Assembly: GCA_029219345.1 (NCBI GenBank)
Contig: JAQXTF010000071.1
Location: forward strand, 24-64,023
Source of the DNA: Eggerthellales bacterium
GTDB lineage: Bacteria; Actinomycetota; Coriobacteriia; Coriobacteriales; Eggerthellaceae
Direction of reading: 5' to 3'
DNA length: 64,000 bases
This document shows, one piece after another, positions 49,003-59,056 of the stretch (position 1 is the stretch's first letter; every line of letters starts with the position of its first letter). Made by a program: the position numbers and the translations under genes. The notes below the pieces were generated by a model, which saw only the letters and a list, made by a program, of their open reading frames with translations, was not told the DNA's origin and searched no databases.

Positions 49003-50580
49003 ATGTCGTTGAAGGTTCTTGTTACCGATAAGATTGCCGAGTGCGGCATTGACTATTTGCGCGAGAAGGCGCTGGAAGTGGATGTTCGACTGAACTTGTC
49101 CACCCAGGAGCTTATTGAGCTGGTGCCTCGCTATGATGCTCTCATTGTGCGCTCGCGCACCAAGGTGACCCGCGAGGTTATTGAAGCAGGCGTTAATCTG
49201 AAGGTTATCGGCCGCGCAGGTTTGAGCACCGACGATATCGATATTGAGGCGGCGTCTGAACACGGCATCATCGTGTGCAATGTTCCTGAATCCAATATCA
49301 CCTCTGTTGCTGAAATGGCCATGTGCTTGATGCTTATGTGCGCTCGCAAAGCTGGTCAGGCATACGTTGGTATGCAAAACGGACAGTGGAACCGCGAGCA
49401 GTACACTGGCATTGAACTTTTCGGCAAGACGTTGCTCATCGTTGGCCTTGGTCGTTACGGCGGCAAGGTTGCTTCTCGTGCACGAGCCTTTGGTATGAAT
49501 GTAATTGCCTACGACCCCTATTGCAGTACCGATCGCGCGACTCAGCTGGGCGTAAAACTGTGCAGCACGCTGCATGAGGGCATTCCTCAGGCCGACGTTA
49601 TCTCCCTGCATCTTCCCAAGACGGCTGAGACGACGGGCATGATTGGCCCCAACGAGTTCGCCCTTATGAAGACCGGCGTGATCTTGCTGAACGTGTCTTA
49701 TGCGGGCACCTACAACGTGAAGTCTATGGCCGATTTCATAGCTGCTGGCAAGATTGCATCTGTGGGCATTGACGTGTACGACGATGAGCCTTGCACCGAT
49801 TCCGCTCTGTTGGAGTTCCCTCAGGCGGTTCTCATGCCCCATCTGGGCCCCGAAACCGAGGATGCTCATAACGAATGCTCCATCCAGATTGCAAAGTATG
49901 TATATGATGGGCTTTCCGGTCGATTGGTTCCCACGGCGGTGAATCTCTCTCAGGTTCCCGCCGAAATAGTTGACGCCATTGGCCCTTATATTCACGCTTG
50001 CGAGGCCGCAGGTACCGTTCTGGGCCAGCTGCTTCCGTCCATTCCGCGCCAGCTATGCCTGAATACCGCGGGCGACCTGGCCAAAAACGACACTACTTCT
50101 TTGATGGCAGCCACCTTGAAGGGCCTGCTTTCCTCCAAGGAGGTAGAGTCCATCACCACCACCAATTATGAGGTTATGGCTCGCTGCCACGGCATCAGTA
50201 TGCATTCCACCACCAGCATCACCCGTTTGGGATATTCCTCTTTGGTTGACGTTTCCGCAGATGATGCCAGCATTTCCATGGTGGTACCCGAGCATGGCTC
50301 AGCTATGCGCCTGGTTTCCTTCCTGGGTTACGACATCGATATTGTTCCCACTCGCAATTCCCTTGTTCTGGAATACGTTGATGCTCCCGGTAGAATTGGC
50401 GTCATTGGCACGGTGCTGGGCAACGCGGGCGTGAATATCACTACCATGCAAATTGGCACCAAGCCCGCTGAGAAGCTTGCTCTGGTTTATCTGAACGTTG
50501 ATGACCAGGTGCCTGCTGAGGCTGTGGAAGAAATCGCTCAAAAGATTGAGCTGACCCGCAGCTGGCAGATTTCGCTGTAG
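49003..50580 (+). CDS. serA: D-3-phosphoglycerate dehydrogenase (long form with C-terminal ACT domain)
   Basis: Rossmann motif GLGRYGGKVA, HLPKT...T.GMI, PHLG catalytic His, and a C-terminal ACT-like RIGVIGTVLGNAGVNITTMQIG. Confidence 0.9.
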   Translation: MSLKVLVTDKIAECGIDYLREKALEVDVRLNLSTQELIELVPRYDALIVRSRTKVTREVIEAGVNLKVIGRAGLSTDDIDIEAASEHGIIVCNVPESNITSVAEMAMCLMLMCARKAGQAYVGMQNGQWNREQYTGIELFGKTLLIVGLGRYGGKVASRARAFGMNVIAYDPYCSTDRATQLGVKLCSTLHEGIPQADVISLHLPKTAETTGMIGPNEFALMKTGVILLNVSYAGTYNVKSMADFIAAGKIASVGIDVYDDEPCTDSALLEFPQAVLMPHLGPETEDAHNECSIQIAKYVYDGLSGRLVPTAVNLSQVPAEIVDAIGPYIHACEAAGTVLGQLLPSIPRQLCLNTAGDLAKNDTTSLMAATLKGLLSSKEVESITTTNYEVMARCHGISMHSTTSITRLGYSSLVDVSADDASISMVVPEHGSAMRLVSFLGYDIDIVPTRNSLVLEYVDAPGRIGVIGTVLGNAGVNITTMQIGTKPAEKLALVYLNVDDQVPAEAVEEIAQKIELTRSWQISL

Positions 50581-50755
50581 GGAGGTAGGCTCCGAAAGCT
50601 TATATGGAGGACTTGTGCCATCTGCAGTTTTGTGTTACAATTCATTAGCACATTTTGCGAAGACGTATGTCTTTGCACCATACTTTCGATTACTGAGAAA
50701 GTGGGCCTTGCCCGCTTTCTTTGTTTATCAGGGCAAAAACGAAAAAGGAGGAACA

Positions 50756-51238
50756 GTGCTGTCTCATAAAGAACAATCGCTGCTTGACGCGCTTGTACCT
50801 CACGCGCAGGAAAAAGGGGTAGAGATTGTCACCGTTGAAGTGATGGGGTCCAAGAAGTCTCCCACCATTCGTGTGTATATCGACACCGACCACGGCGTGG
50901 GTTTCGATGAGCTTTCTGAAGCTCAGAGCTGGATAAACGACGTCATGGAGCGCATTGACCCCTTCCCGGGCGCTTACATGCTTGAGGTGTCTTCCCCGGG
51001 CATCGATCGCCCCTTGCGCACGCCCCAGCATTTCGCTCGCTTTACCGGCGGGACTGCTGTGGTGAAGACGTCTAAGGGTATTGATGGACGTTCTCAATTT
51101 ACAGCGACCATCGTTTCCGCAGATGAAAATACTCTTGTCCTGAACGATAACGGTACCAATATTGATATTCCCTTTGAGCTTATCAAGAAGGCTCACTTGA
51201 AGGGCATCATCGATTTCAACGCAAAAAAAGAACTGTAG
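50756..51238 (+). CDS. rimP: Ribosome maturation factor RimP
   Basis: VEIVTVEVMGSKKSPTIRVYID ... LEVSSPGIDRPLRTPQHFARF. I prefer the GTG at 50756 after AAAGGAGG. Confidence 0.85.
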   Translation: MLSHKEQSLLDALVPHAQEKGVEIVTVEVMGSKKSPTIRVYIDTDHGVGFDELSEAQSWINDVMERIDPFPGAYMLEVSSPGIDRPLRTPQHFARFTGGTAVVKTSKGIDGRSQFTATIVSADENTLVLNDNGTNIDIPFELIKKAHLKGIIDFNAKKEL

Positions 51239-51255
51239 AACAGAAAGGATATATT

Positions 51256-52455
51256 GTGGCAACTTCTGAACTTATCGAGGCTTTGCAGGCCTTAGCTCAC
51301 GAGCGCAAGATAGATGAGCTGTACCTGATTGAGCGCTTGGAGGACTCTTTGGCCAAGAGCTACCAGCGTATTTTGAACCTGGAATGGGATGCTAGCGTTA
51401 CCATCGACCGTAACACTGGCAAGATTTACGTGTACGAGATGGTTCCCACTGATGAGCCCGACGAAGAAGGCGAGTACCACGAGTTTGAGCCTCGCGACGT
51501 AACTCCTTCCGACGTAAGCCGCATTGCAGCGCAAAACGCCAAGAGCGTTATTTCCTCCATCGTGCGTGATGCCGGCCGTCAATCCATTTACCAGGAATTC
51601 CGCAATCGTCGCGGCGACTTGGTAACGGGCACCGTGCTGCAGGGCACCAATGATTTCACCATCATCAAGATTCGCGATGGCGTTGAGGCCGAGCTGCCCC
51701 ATTACGACCTGAAGAAGAATCCCGGCGAGCGCAACGAGCGCCCTGCCAATGAGCGCTATCGCCACAATATGCGCCTGAAGGTGCTGATCATCGACGTGCG
51801 CGACCCCAATGCCGAAGAGCCCAAGACTAAGGGTGAGCAGGGTCGTCCCTCTATCGTTGTTTCCCGTACCCATCCTGATTTGATCCGCCGTCTTTTCGAG
51901 ATTGAAGTTCCTGAAATCTATGATGGCTTGGTAGAGATCAAGTCCATTGCTCGCGAGCCCGGCGAGCGCTCGAAGGTTGCCGTATACTCCCGTGAAGCCA
52001 ACCTTGATCCCGTAGGCGCCTGCGTTGGCCCTAAGGGAAGCCGCGTTCGCATGGTTGTTGAAGAGCTGCGCAACGAGCGTGTGGACGTTATCCAGTGGAG
52101 CCCCGATCCTGCTGTATACGTTGCCAAGGCCCTTTCTCCCGCCAAGGTTTCCCGCGTTACCGTTGACGAAGAGAACAACTACGCAACCGTTATCGTTCCT
52201 GATGATCAGCTGTCTTTGGCCATTGGCAAGGCTGGCCAGAATGCTCGTCTGGCTGCTCGCCTGACTGGCTGGCACATTGACATCAAGAGCGCTTCTTACT
52301 CTGGTGAGCCCCTGGTTACCGAGAACGTGCTCATTGACGAGGAAGAAGAGCGGGGCGATGGCTTTTGCACTTATGTAAACGAAGAGGGCGTACGTTGCCG
52401 TAACCATGCTCGTCCGGGCAGCCAGTTCTGCGGCATTCACGCTTCTGAGGCATAA
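51256..52455 (+). CDS. nusA: Transcription termination/antitermination factor NusA
   Basis: S1 domain GDLVTGTV, and KH domains PGERSKVAV...DPVGACVGPKGSRV and LAIGKAGQNARLAARLTGW. It carries an unusual Cys-containing C-terminal tail. Confidence 0.95.
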   Translation: MATSELIEALQALAHERKIDELYLIERLEDSLAKSYQRILNLEWDASVTIDRNTGKIYVYEMVPTDEPDEEGEYHEFEPRDVTPSDVSRIAAQNAKSVISSIVRDAGRQSIYQEFRNRRGDLVTGTVLQGTNDFTIIKIRDGVEAELPHYDLKKNPGERNERPANERYRHNMRLKVLIIDVRDPNAEEPKTKGEQGRPSIVVSRTHPDLIRRLFEIEVPEIYDGLVEIKSIAREPGERSKVAVYSREANLDPVGACVGPKGSRVRMVVEELRNERVDVIQWSPDPAVYVAKALSPAKVSRVTVDEENNYATVIVPDDQLSLAIGKAGQNARLAARLTGWHIDIKSASYSGEPLVTENVLIDEEEERGDGFCTYVNEEGVRCRNHARPGSQFCGIHASEA

Positions 52456-52460
52456 CGCTC

Positions 52461-52760
52461 ATGGGCTTCGATGGACAGAAAGAGGCGCCTAAGCGCCAGC
52501 GCACCTGCATCGGTTGCGCTAACAAGGACAACAAGATGACGCTGTATCGCGTTGTTCGAACCCCTGATGGCTCCATTGCCTTCGATGAAGGGGGACGCCG
52601 TCCTGGCCGCGGTGCTTACGTTTGTTCTGTTGCTTGCTTGGAAAAGGCCAACAAGCACGGCAAGCTGGCTCGCAGCCTGAAATGCTCCATTGAAGCATCT
52701 GCTTACCAGAATGTCCATGATGAGCTTCAGCGTCACATCGCTGAAAGCTCCCTACAGTAA
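52461..52760 (+). CDS. ylxR: YlxR/RnpM-family (DUF448) RNA-binding protein
   Basis: RTCIGC....K..L.RVV ... GRGAYVC motif order, plus the conserved position between nusA and infB. Confidence 0.8.
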   Translation: MGFDGQKEAPKRQRTCIGCANKDNKMTLYRVVRTPDGSIAFDEGGRRPGRGAYVCSVACLEKANKHGKLARSLKCSIEASAYQNVHDELQRHIAESSLQ

Positions 52761-52770
52761 GGAGGCAAGA

Positions 52771-55521
52771 ATGCGCGTACATGAACTTGCTAAAGAATTC
52801 AATATGTCCAGCAAGGAGATGCTGGATTTTCTGGCAGAGATGGGCATCTCCGCCAAGACTCACGCAACTCCTTTGAAAGATGATGCTGTGGAGGAGGTCC
52901 GCAAGAAGCTTTCTCCCGAAATCAAGCAGCGTGCAGGCCAGATTGACGATGCTGAAGCAGCAGAGCTTGCTAAGAAGCAGGCCGAAGAAGAGGCCAAGAA
53001 GCAGGCCGAAGAGGCTGAGCGCCGTGCAGCTGTTGAAGCCGAACGTAAGCAGCGCGAGGCTGAGCGCAAAAAGCGCGAGGGCCAGGATGGGGATGGCGAA
53101 GCCGCTCCTCGCAAGCAGGCTCCCAAGACCTCTGCATTTGCAAGCTTGGCTGAGCAGCTTGAGGCTGAGCGCGCCCGTCTTGATCGCGAAAAAGCTGAAG
53201 CTGAGGCCCGTGCTCGCGCTGAAGCTGCAGCTGCCGAGGTTGCTAAGAAGCAGCGTGTAGAAGAGGGCCTTCGTGCCCGCGATAATCGCCGTTCCAACAA
53301 GGGAGCTCAGCAGCAGGCTGAGCAGCCCAAGCGTCCGGCTCCCGCACCTTCCACCGCTAAGAACTCCAACAAATTCAGCTCCCTGCTCGATCAGATTGAA
53401 GCAGAGAAGCAACGTATGTCCCAGGCCTCAAAAGAGCTGGCCAAGGCCAAGGACGCCAAGCCCGCTAAGGGTGCTCAGCCCAATAACCGCAATGACAAGA
53501 AGAAGGGCCGCAAGAATGCTTCCGAGCCTCAGGTCCCCGAATTGACCCAGGCTCCTGCTGAGGAAGGTCCCGATCGTTACGCACAGATGGCCGTTCAGGC
53601 AGAGAAGTTACAGCGCGATAAGGTTTTGGCCGAAGCACGTGCTGCTGTTGCTGCCGCTTCCTCTGAAGGTGAAGGCCGTCGTAAGAAGCGTAAGGAGAAG
53701 CGTGCTCAGGAGGCTCGCGAGAAGGCTGAAAAGCATGCTATCGAGCGCGGTCTTGATCCCTCGCTGGTTTTGGACGAGTCTGTTGTGGAAATTCCTCAGG
53801 GCGCTACCGTTCAGAAGTTTGCTGAGCTGATCAGCGTACAGCCCAACGAGGTCATCAAGCGCCTGTTCATGCTGGGCCAGATGATGACCCTTACCCAGTC
53901 TATGTCTGATGAGCTGATTGAGCTCATTGCCGACGATATGGGCAAGAAGTGCCGCGTTGTATCTCCTGAAGAGGAATACGCTGTTGTATACAACGATACC
54001 GACGAAGATTTGAAGCCTCGTCCTCCCGTTGTTACCGTTATGGGCCATGTTGACCACGGCAAGACCTCTTTGCTGGACGCCATCCGCGATACCGGCGTTG
54101 CTGCAGGTGAAGCAGGTGGCATTACCCAACACATTGGCGCTTCGGTGGTTAATTTGATGGATCACCAGATTACCTTTATCGATACCCCAGGTCACGAGGC
54201 ATTTACCGCAATGCGCGCCCGTGGTGCTCAGGTAACCGATGTAATTATTCTGGTTGTTGCAGCAGACGACGGTGTAATGCCCCAGACCATTGAGGCTATC
54301 AACCATGCTAAGGCCGCAGGCGTTCCCATCGTCGTTGCCGTGAACAAGATCGATAAGGATGGCGCAAGCCCCGATCGCGTTCGCCAGGAACTGGTGCAAT
54401 ACGGCGTTATCCCCGAAGAGTGGGGCGGCGAGAACATGTTCGTTGACGTTTCTGCTAAGAAGCGCCTGAATGTTGACGAGCTGCTTGAAACTGTTTTGCT
54501 GCAGGCTGATGTTTTGGGCCTGCGTGCCAACCCCGACGCTTTGGCAAGCGGCTTCGTTATTGAGGCAAACCTGGACAAGGGTCGTGGTCCCGTTGCAACC
54601 GTTCTGGTTCAGCGTGGTACTCTGAAGCCTGGTGACACGGTTGTAGCAGGCACCTCTTATGGTCGTGTGCGCGCCCTGGTGAACCCCCATGGCGAGCATG
54701 TTAAGGCCGCTTACCCCTCCGATCCTGTTGAGATCCTGGGCCTGAATTCCGTGCCTACCGCCGGTGACGAGTTCCGCGTATTTGAAGATGAACGCGATGC
54801 TCGCAAGCTGGCTGAGGAACGTGCTCTGCGCGCCCGCGTGGCAGAGCAGGAAACCAAGAGCCATATGACCCTGGATGACCTGTTCAACCGCATTGAAGAG
54901 GGCAAGCAGACTGACCTGAACCTGATTATCAAGGCTGACGTACAGGGCTCTATCGAAGCTCTGCGTGATGCCTTTAGCAAGATGGACCAGAGCGAGGTTA
55001 AGATTAACGTCGTTCACGCTGCTGTTGGTGGTATTACCGAGACCGACGTTACCCTGGCTGCTGCTTCCGATGCTATCATCATCGGCTTCAACGTTCGTCC
55101 TACCGGTAAGTCTCGCCAGCAGGCCGAAAAGGAAAAAGTGGACATTCGCCTGTATCGCGTTATCTACCAGGCTCTGGAAGAAATCAACGCTGCACGTGTT
55201 GGCCTGTTGAAGCCCGAGATTGTGGAGAAAGACACCGGCATTGCCGAGGTTCGTGACGTATTCCGCGTTCCCAAGGTTGGCAACATTGCTGGTTGCTACA
55301 TTGTGGAAGGCGAGCTGTCCCGTGACGACAAGGTTCGTGTGGTTCGCGAAGGTACCGTTATTTTCGAAGGCGTGCTGAGCTCCTTGAAGCGCTTCAAGGA
55401 CGACGTGAAATCCGTCAAGCAGGGCTACGAATGCGGTATTGGCGTTAACGGTTACCAAGACATCAAGGTGGGCGACACCATTGAAGGCTATCGCAATATT
55501 GAAGTCGAGAGGACTGAGTAA
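52771..55521 (+). CDS. infB: Translation initiation factor IF-2
   Basis: [21 protein letters not shown], a Lys/Glu/Ala-rich linker, and the G domain [31 protein letters not shown] at 52771 follows AAGGAGG. Confidence 0.95.
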   Translation: MRVHELAKEFNMSSKEMLDFLAEMGISAKTHATPLKDDAVEEVRKKLSPEIKQRAGQIDDAEAAELAKKQAEEEAKKQAEEAERRAAVEAERKQREAERKKREGQDGDGEAAPRKQAPKTSAFASLAEQLEAERARLDREKAEAEARARAEAAAAEVAKKQRVEEGLRARDNRRSNKGAQQQAEQPKRPAPAPSTAKNSNKFSSLLDQIEAEKQRMSQASKELAKAKDAKPAKGAQPNNRNDKKKGRKNASEPQVPELTQAPAEEGPDRYAQMAVQAEKLQRDKVLAEARAAVAAASSEGEGRRKKRKEKRAQEAREKAEKHAIERGLDPSLVLDESVVEIPQGATVQKFAELISVQPNEVIKRLFMLGQMMTLTQSMSDELIELIADDMGKKCRVVSPEEEYAVVYNDTDEDLKPRPPVVTVMGHVDHGKTSLLDAIRDTGVAAGEAGGITQHIGASVVNLMDHQITFIDTPGHEAFTAMRARGAQVTDVIILVVAADDGVMPQTIEAINHAKAAGVPIVVAVNKIDKDGASPDRVRQELVQYGVIPEEWGGENMFVDVSAKKRLNVDELLETVLLQADVLGLRANPDALASGFVIEANLDKGRGPVATVLVQRGTLKPGDTVVAGTSYGRVRALVNPHGEHVKAAYPSDPVEILGLNSVPTAGDEFRVFEDERDARKLAEERALRARVAEQETKSHMTLDDLFNRIEEGKQTDLNLIIKADVQGSIEALRDAFSKMDQSEVKINVVHAAVGGITETDVTLAAASDAIIIGFNVRPTGKSRQQAEKEKVDIRLYRVIYQALEEINAARVGLLKPEIVEKDTGIAEVRDVFRVPKVGNIAGCYIVEGELSRDDKVRVVREGTVIFEGVLSSLKRFKDDVKSVKQGYECGIGVNGYQDIKVGDTIEGYRNIEVERTE

Positions 55522-55524
55522 CTT

Positions 55525-55899
55525 TTGAAGCAGAATTCATCTAGTCGCAAGCTAAACGCCCAGGCTCAGCAGAATATCGCCAGCATCATGCTGTTCGATA
55601 TCACTGACCCGCGTTTGAGCATGGTGACCATCACCGGTTGCGAAGTGAGCTTTGATCGCAGCTTCTGCAACGTGTTCTATACGGCTCCCGAAGGGGAGTA
55701 CGAAGATGCCCAAGCGGCATTCGAAAAGGCAAAGGGTCGTATTCGTTCTTTGCTGGCCAAGCGTTTGAGCTGGCGCGTTGCCCCCGAGCTTCGCTTCTTG
55801 CTTGACAAGAGCGTGGACGAGGCGCAAAAGATTGCCGTTGCCCTGGCAAAGGAGGAAAGCCGTCCGGCTTATATTCCCCAGGAAGACGACGAAGAGTAA
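55525..55899 (+). CDS. rbfA: Ribosome-binding factor A
   Basis: DPRLSMVTITGCEVSFDRSFCNVFY ... APELRFLLD. TTG start. Confidence 0.9.
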   Translation: MKQNSSSRKLNAQAQQNIASIMLFDITDPRLSMVTITGCEVSFDRSFCNVFYTAPEGEYEDAQAAFEKAKGRIRSLLAKRLSWRVAPELRFLLDKSVDEAQKIAVALAKEESRPAYIPQEDDEE

Positions 55900-55949
55900 T
55901 TCACCGAGAGTGCGGGCAGCGATGTCCGCACTTTTTGGAAGGTTTTGAA

Positions 55950-56957
55950 ATGACGGTAACACCCCAAACCAACGCTACGTTAAAAGAGATCGCCCAGGCG
56001 CTGTTGGAGCATGACAACTATGTCATTGTGGGCCATGTGAGCCCTGACGGTGACTGCATTGGTTCTCAGCTTGCCCTCTGGCATGCGTTGCATCGCGCTG
56101 GCAAGAAGGCCACCTGCGCTTTTGCCACTGATGAAACCAGCCTGGAAAAGTCATTGCAGTTCTTGCCGGGCTCCGAGAGCATTGTTCCCGCTGCCTCTAT
56201 CGAGCAGGCCGAATGCGTCATTTGCGTAGACGTTCCCAATGAGAGCCGTATGGGTGAGGCTGCTGCTGCCCTTCATGCTGGTGCATCTTTTACGGTAACT
56301 CTTGACCATCACGCAAATCCCCAGCGCGTTTCAGACTTGTCGTACACCGACCCCGATGCTGCCGCTAGCGCTCTTATCGTATGGGAGCTGGCTAAAGGGA
56401 TGGGCGTTGATCGCGGGGGAGAGCTGGCCCTTTGCGCCTTTACGGGCTTGGTTACCGATACGGGTCGCTTCCAGTACCAAAACACCGATGCCTACGCTTT
56501 TGCCTGCGCAGCCGAAATGCGCCAGTTGGGCGTTGATCTTGCTCTTGTGTGCAACCAGCTGTTCCAACGCCGCAGCCTGAGCGCTTTAAAGCTTGAAAAT
56601 GCGGCAACGAATCGTATGGAGCTTCTCATGGATGGCTCCCTTGCGCTTACCTATGTTACGCTCAATGATTTTAAAACGACTGGTGCGGCGAAGGCCGATG
56701 CCGACAATATCGTGAACGTGCTGCGTTCCTTGGACGGCGTGCGCGTTGCCTGTACCCTGCGCGAAACAGAGGACAATCTTCGCGGAAGCCTCCGTTCCAA
56801 GGATGACACTGATATCTCCATTTTCGCCCGGGACCACAATGGCGGAGGCCATAAAGCAGCTTCGGGTTTTACCTTGTATGGAGACATTCAAAGTCAGTTT
56901 GACCAGCTCAAAGACGAGTTGGAAGAGTTTCTTAACGAACAATGGGGGCTTGTATAA
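55950..56957 (+). CDS. nrnA: DHH/DHHA1 phosphoesterase (NrnA-like oligoribonuclease / pAp phosphatase)
   Basis: VIVGHVSPDGDCIGS, VTLDHHAN, TDTGRFQY, and GGGHKAASGF. Confidence 0.8.
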   Translation: MTVTPQTNATLKEIAQALLEHDNYVIVGHVSPDGDCIGSQLALWHALHRAGKKATCAFATDETSLEKSLQFLPGSESIVPAASIEQAECVICVDVPNESRMGEAAAALHAGASFTVTLDHHANPQRVSDLSYTDPDAAASALIVWELAKGMGVDRGGELALCAFTGLVTDTGRFQYQNTDAYAFACAAEMRQLGVDLALVCNQLFQRRSLSALKLENAATNRMELLMDGSLALTYVTLNDFKTTGAAKADADNIVNVLRSLDGVRVACTLRETEDNLRGSLRSKDDTDISIFARDHNGGGHKAASGFTLYGDIQSQFDQLKDELEEFLNEQWGLV

Positions 56958-57971
56958 ATGAAGCGTGGAGAATCGGGCCTTTCCTTAGTGGTAGGCGTTG
57001 ACAAGCCCACAGGCATGTCTTCCCATGATGTTGTATCTCGTTGTCGTCGCATATTTGGCGAAAAGCGCGTAGGCCACGCAGGCACCTTAGACCCTGAGGC
57101 TTCCGGCGTGCTCATTGTGTGCGTTGGTCCTGCCACTCGTTTGGATAAGTATTTAGTGGGCCACGATAAAACCTATTGCGTTGATGTTGCCTTTGGCGCT
57201 GCTACTGAAACGGATGACAAAGAAGGCCAGGTCATTGAAGAAGCACCTGTTCCTGCGGCGGTCTTTGACCGCGATTTCGCATCTTTGTATGTAAAGACCC
57301 TTACGGGAGTCATCATGCAGGTGCCGCCTTTGTATTCCGCCATTAAGAAAAACGGCAGGAAAGCGTGCGATGAGGCGCGCAAAGGCAATGAGATTGAGCT
57401 TGAACCCCGCCAGGTAGAAATTTACGATGTGGAGCTGGTGGATATTTTGCCTCCTGATGAGGCGTCTCCCTATGCTCGCTGGCGATTGAACGTTTCGGTT
57501 TCTAAAGGAACCTACATTCGATCTTTCGCCCGTGATTTGGGCAAAGCGCTGGGAACCGTAGCGCATGTTGGAGAGTTGCGCCGCATTCAATCGGGTTGCC
57601 TTTGGGCAAAAGATTGCGCAAGCCTTGAGTCCCTTGCGGAGCTTACCACGCAAGCGGCTTTGGACCCTCTTTGCTTGCTGGGTTACCGCTTTACGTATAT
57701 CGATGATGCCAACGCAAAGCGCTTGTCTAATGGCAACGCGCTGTATGCATCGCAGATATGCCTCATGGAAGAGCCCTGTGGAGCCTCTGATCATCATGGA
57801 ACCTGCTGCTTTCCCACGTATCATGAGAGCACTGAGCCTCCTGTTCACGGTGAGCTTATTTCTGTAGTGCATGAGAATAAACTAGCAGCCATTTATCGCT
57901 ATGATGAGCCCAGTAACCAGTGGAAGGCCGATTGCATTTTCAACCCGCCAATTATGAGGGAAGGACGTTAG
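56958..57971 (+). CDS. truB: tRNA pseudouridine(55) synthase
   Basis: KPTGMSSHDVV...VGHAGTLDPEASGVL (catalytic Asp), QVPPLYSAIK. Confidence 0.9.
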   Translation: MKRGESGLSLVVGVDKPTGMSSHDVVSRCRRIFGEKRVGHAGTLDPEASGVLIVCVGPATRLDKYLVGHDKTYCVDVAFGAATETDDKEGQVIEEAPVPAAVFDRDFASLYVKTLTGVIMQVPPLYSAIKKNGRKACDEARKGNEIELEPRQVEIYDVELVDILPPDEASPYARWRLNVSVSKGTYIRSFARDLGKALGTVAHVGELRRIQSGCLWAKDCASLESLAELTTQAALDPLCLLGYRFTYIDDANAKRLSNGNALYASQICLMEEPCGASDHHGTCCFPTYHESTEPPVHGELISVVHENKLAAIYRYDEPSNQWKADCIFNPPIMREGR

Positions 57972-57972
57972 C

Positions 57973-58896
57973 ATGATTGTGCGTGTGGACGATACTTTCC
58001 AGAAATGTTTTGTCCTGGAGGGTGCCGTGTGCGCTTTTGGCGTATTCGATGGTTTGCATTTAGGGCACCAATACATAATTGAGCAGGCGCAAAAGCATGC
58101 ACGCGCTATAAATGCCCCCCTGGCTATTATCACTTTTGCCCAGGACCCCGATGAGATGTTCAACCCACAAGGGCTTAAAAAGCTCATGTCCAATGAGCGA
58201 CGATTGGCCCAGCTTGACGCTTTTACTTCTGCTACCGTATTGGTTTTGCCCTTTTCAAAGGCGTTTTTTGCTCTTGCTCCTGTGGTGTTTTTGGAAAAGG
58301 TCTTTGGGCAAAACGTTCCTGCGGCGCTTCACATTGGCTCTGATTTCCGTTTTGGCCAAAGGGCGTCGGGCACCATTGATGACTTGCGTCATTGGGGAGC
58401 CAGCCGTGGAATGGAAGTGCTGGGCTATGATCTGTTCTGCTACGAAGGAGAGCCGGTTACTGCAACGCGTATCCGAAAATTGCTTGCGGAAAATGCCATC
58501 AAAGAGGCAAATAAGCTATTGGGAGCTGCGTTCTGCCTTGAAGGGGAAGTGGAAGAAGGCCGCGGGGAAGGCCGCGACATGGGCTTTCGCACCGCAAACG
58601 TCACCATTCCCGCCCAGCTGTACTCCCTGGGAGAGGGCGTGTACGGTGCCTATGCCGTCACAGAGGCGGGCAAGCGTTACAAGGCGGCGGTGTCGGTAGG
58701 CGGCGCCCCAACCTTTGGCGAAGCATCCCATGCCAACATTGAGGCTCATATACTTGATTTTGACCAGGATATATACGGGCAAAAGCTTCGCCTGGAATTT
58801 GTCGAGTACTTACGGCCCATGATGGTCTTTCCGTCTGTCGATGTGCTCATTGAAACCGTAATGGGCAATATTCAATGGTGCAGGGATAACCTTTAA
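57973..58896 (+). CDS. ribF: Bifunctional riboflavin kinase / FMN adenylyltransferase
   Basis: FGVFDGLHLGHQYII, and the kinase half GEVEEGRGEGRDMGFRTAN ... HILDFDQDIYG. Confidence 0.9.
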   Translation: MIVRVDDTFQKCFVLEGAVCAFGVFDGLHLGHQYIIEQAQKHARAINAPLAIITFAQDPDEMFNPQGLKKLMSNERRLAQLDAFTSATVLVLPFSKAFFALAPVVFLEKVFGQNVPAALHIGSDFRFGQRASGTIDDLRHWGASRGMEVLGYDLFCYEGEPVTATRIRKLLAENAIKEANKLLGAAFCLEGEVEEGRGEGRDMGFRTANVTIPAQLYSLGEGVYGAYAVTEAGKRYKAAVSVGGAPTFGEASHANIEAHILDFDQDIYGQKLRLEFVEYLRPMMVFPSVDVLIETVMGNIQWCRDNL

Positions 58897-59056
58897 CCCT
58901 CTGGTGATACCATTTACTCCGTTGTCGGGCAAAAACGCGGATTAACCCTTCAAAAATTCCATAAATTGTTTAAAATAGGCAGGCTATTTGCCTACGACCC
59001 CGAATGCCAGGCCGTAGGCAAATACAGATAGTATTAGTACGTTAAAGGAGGAATAG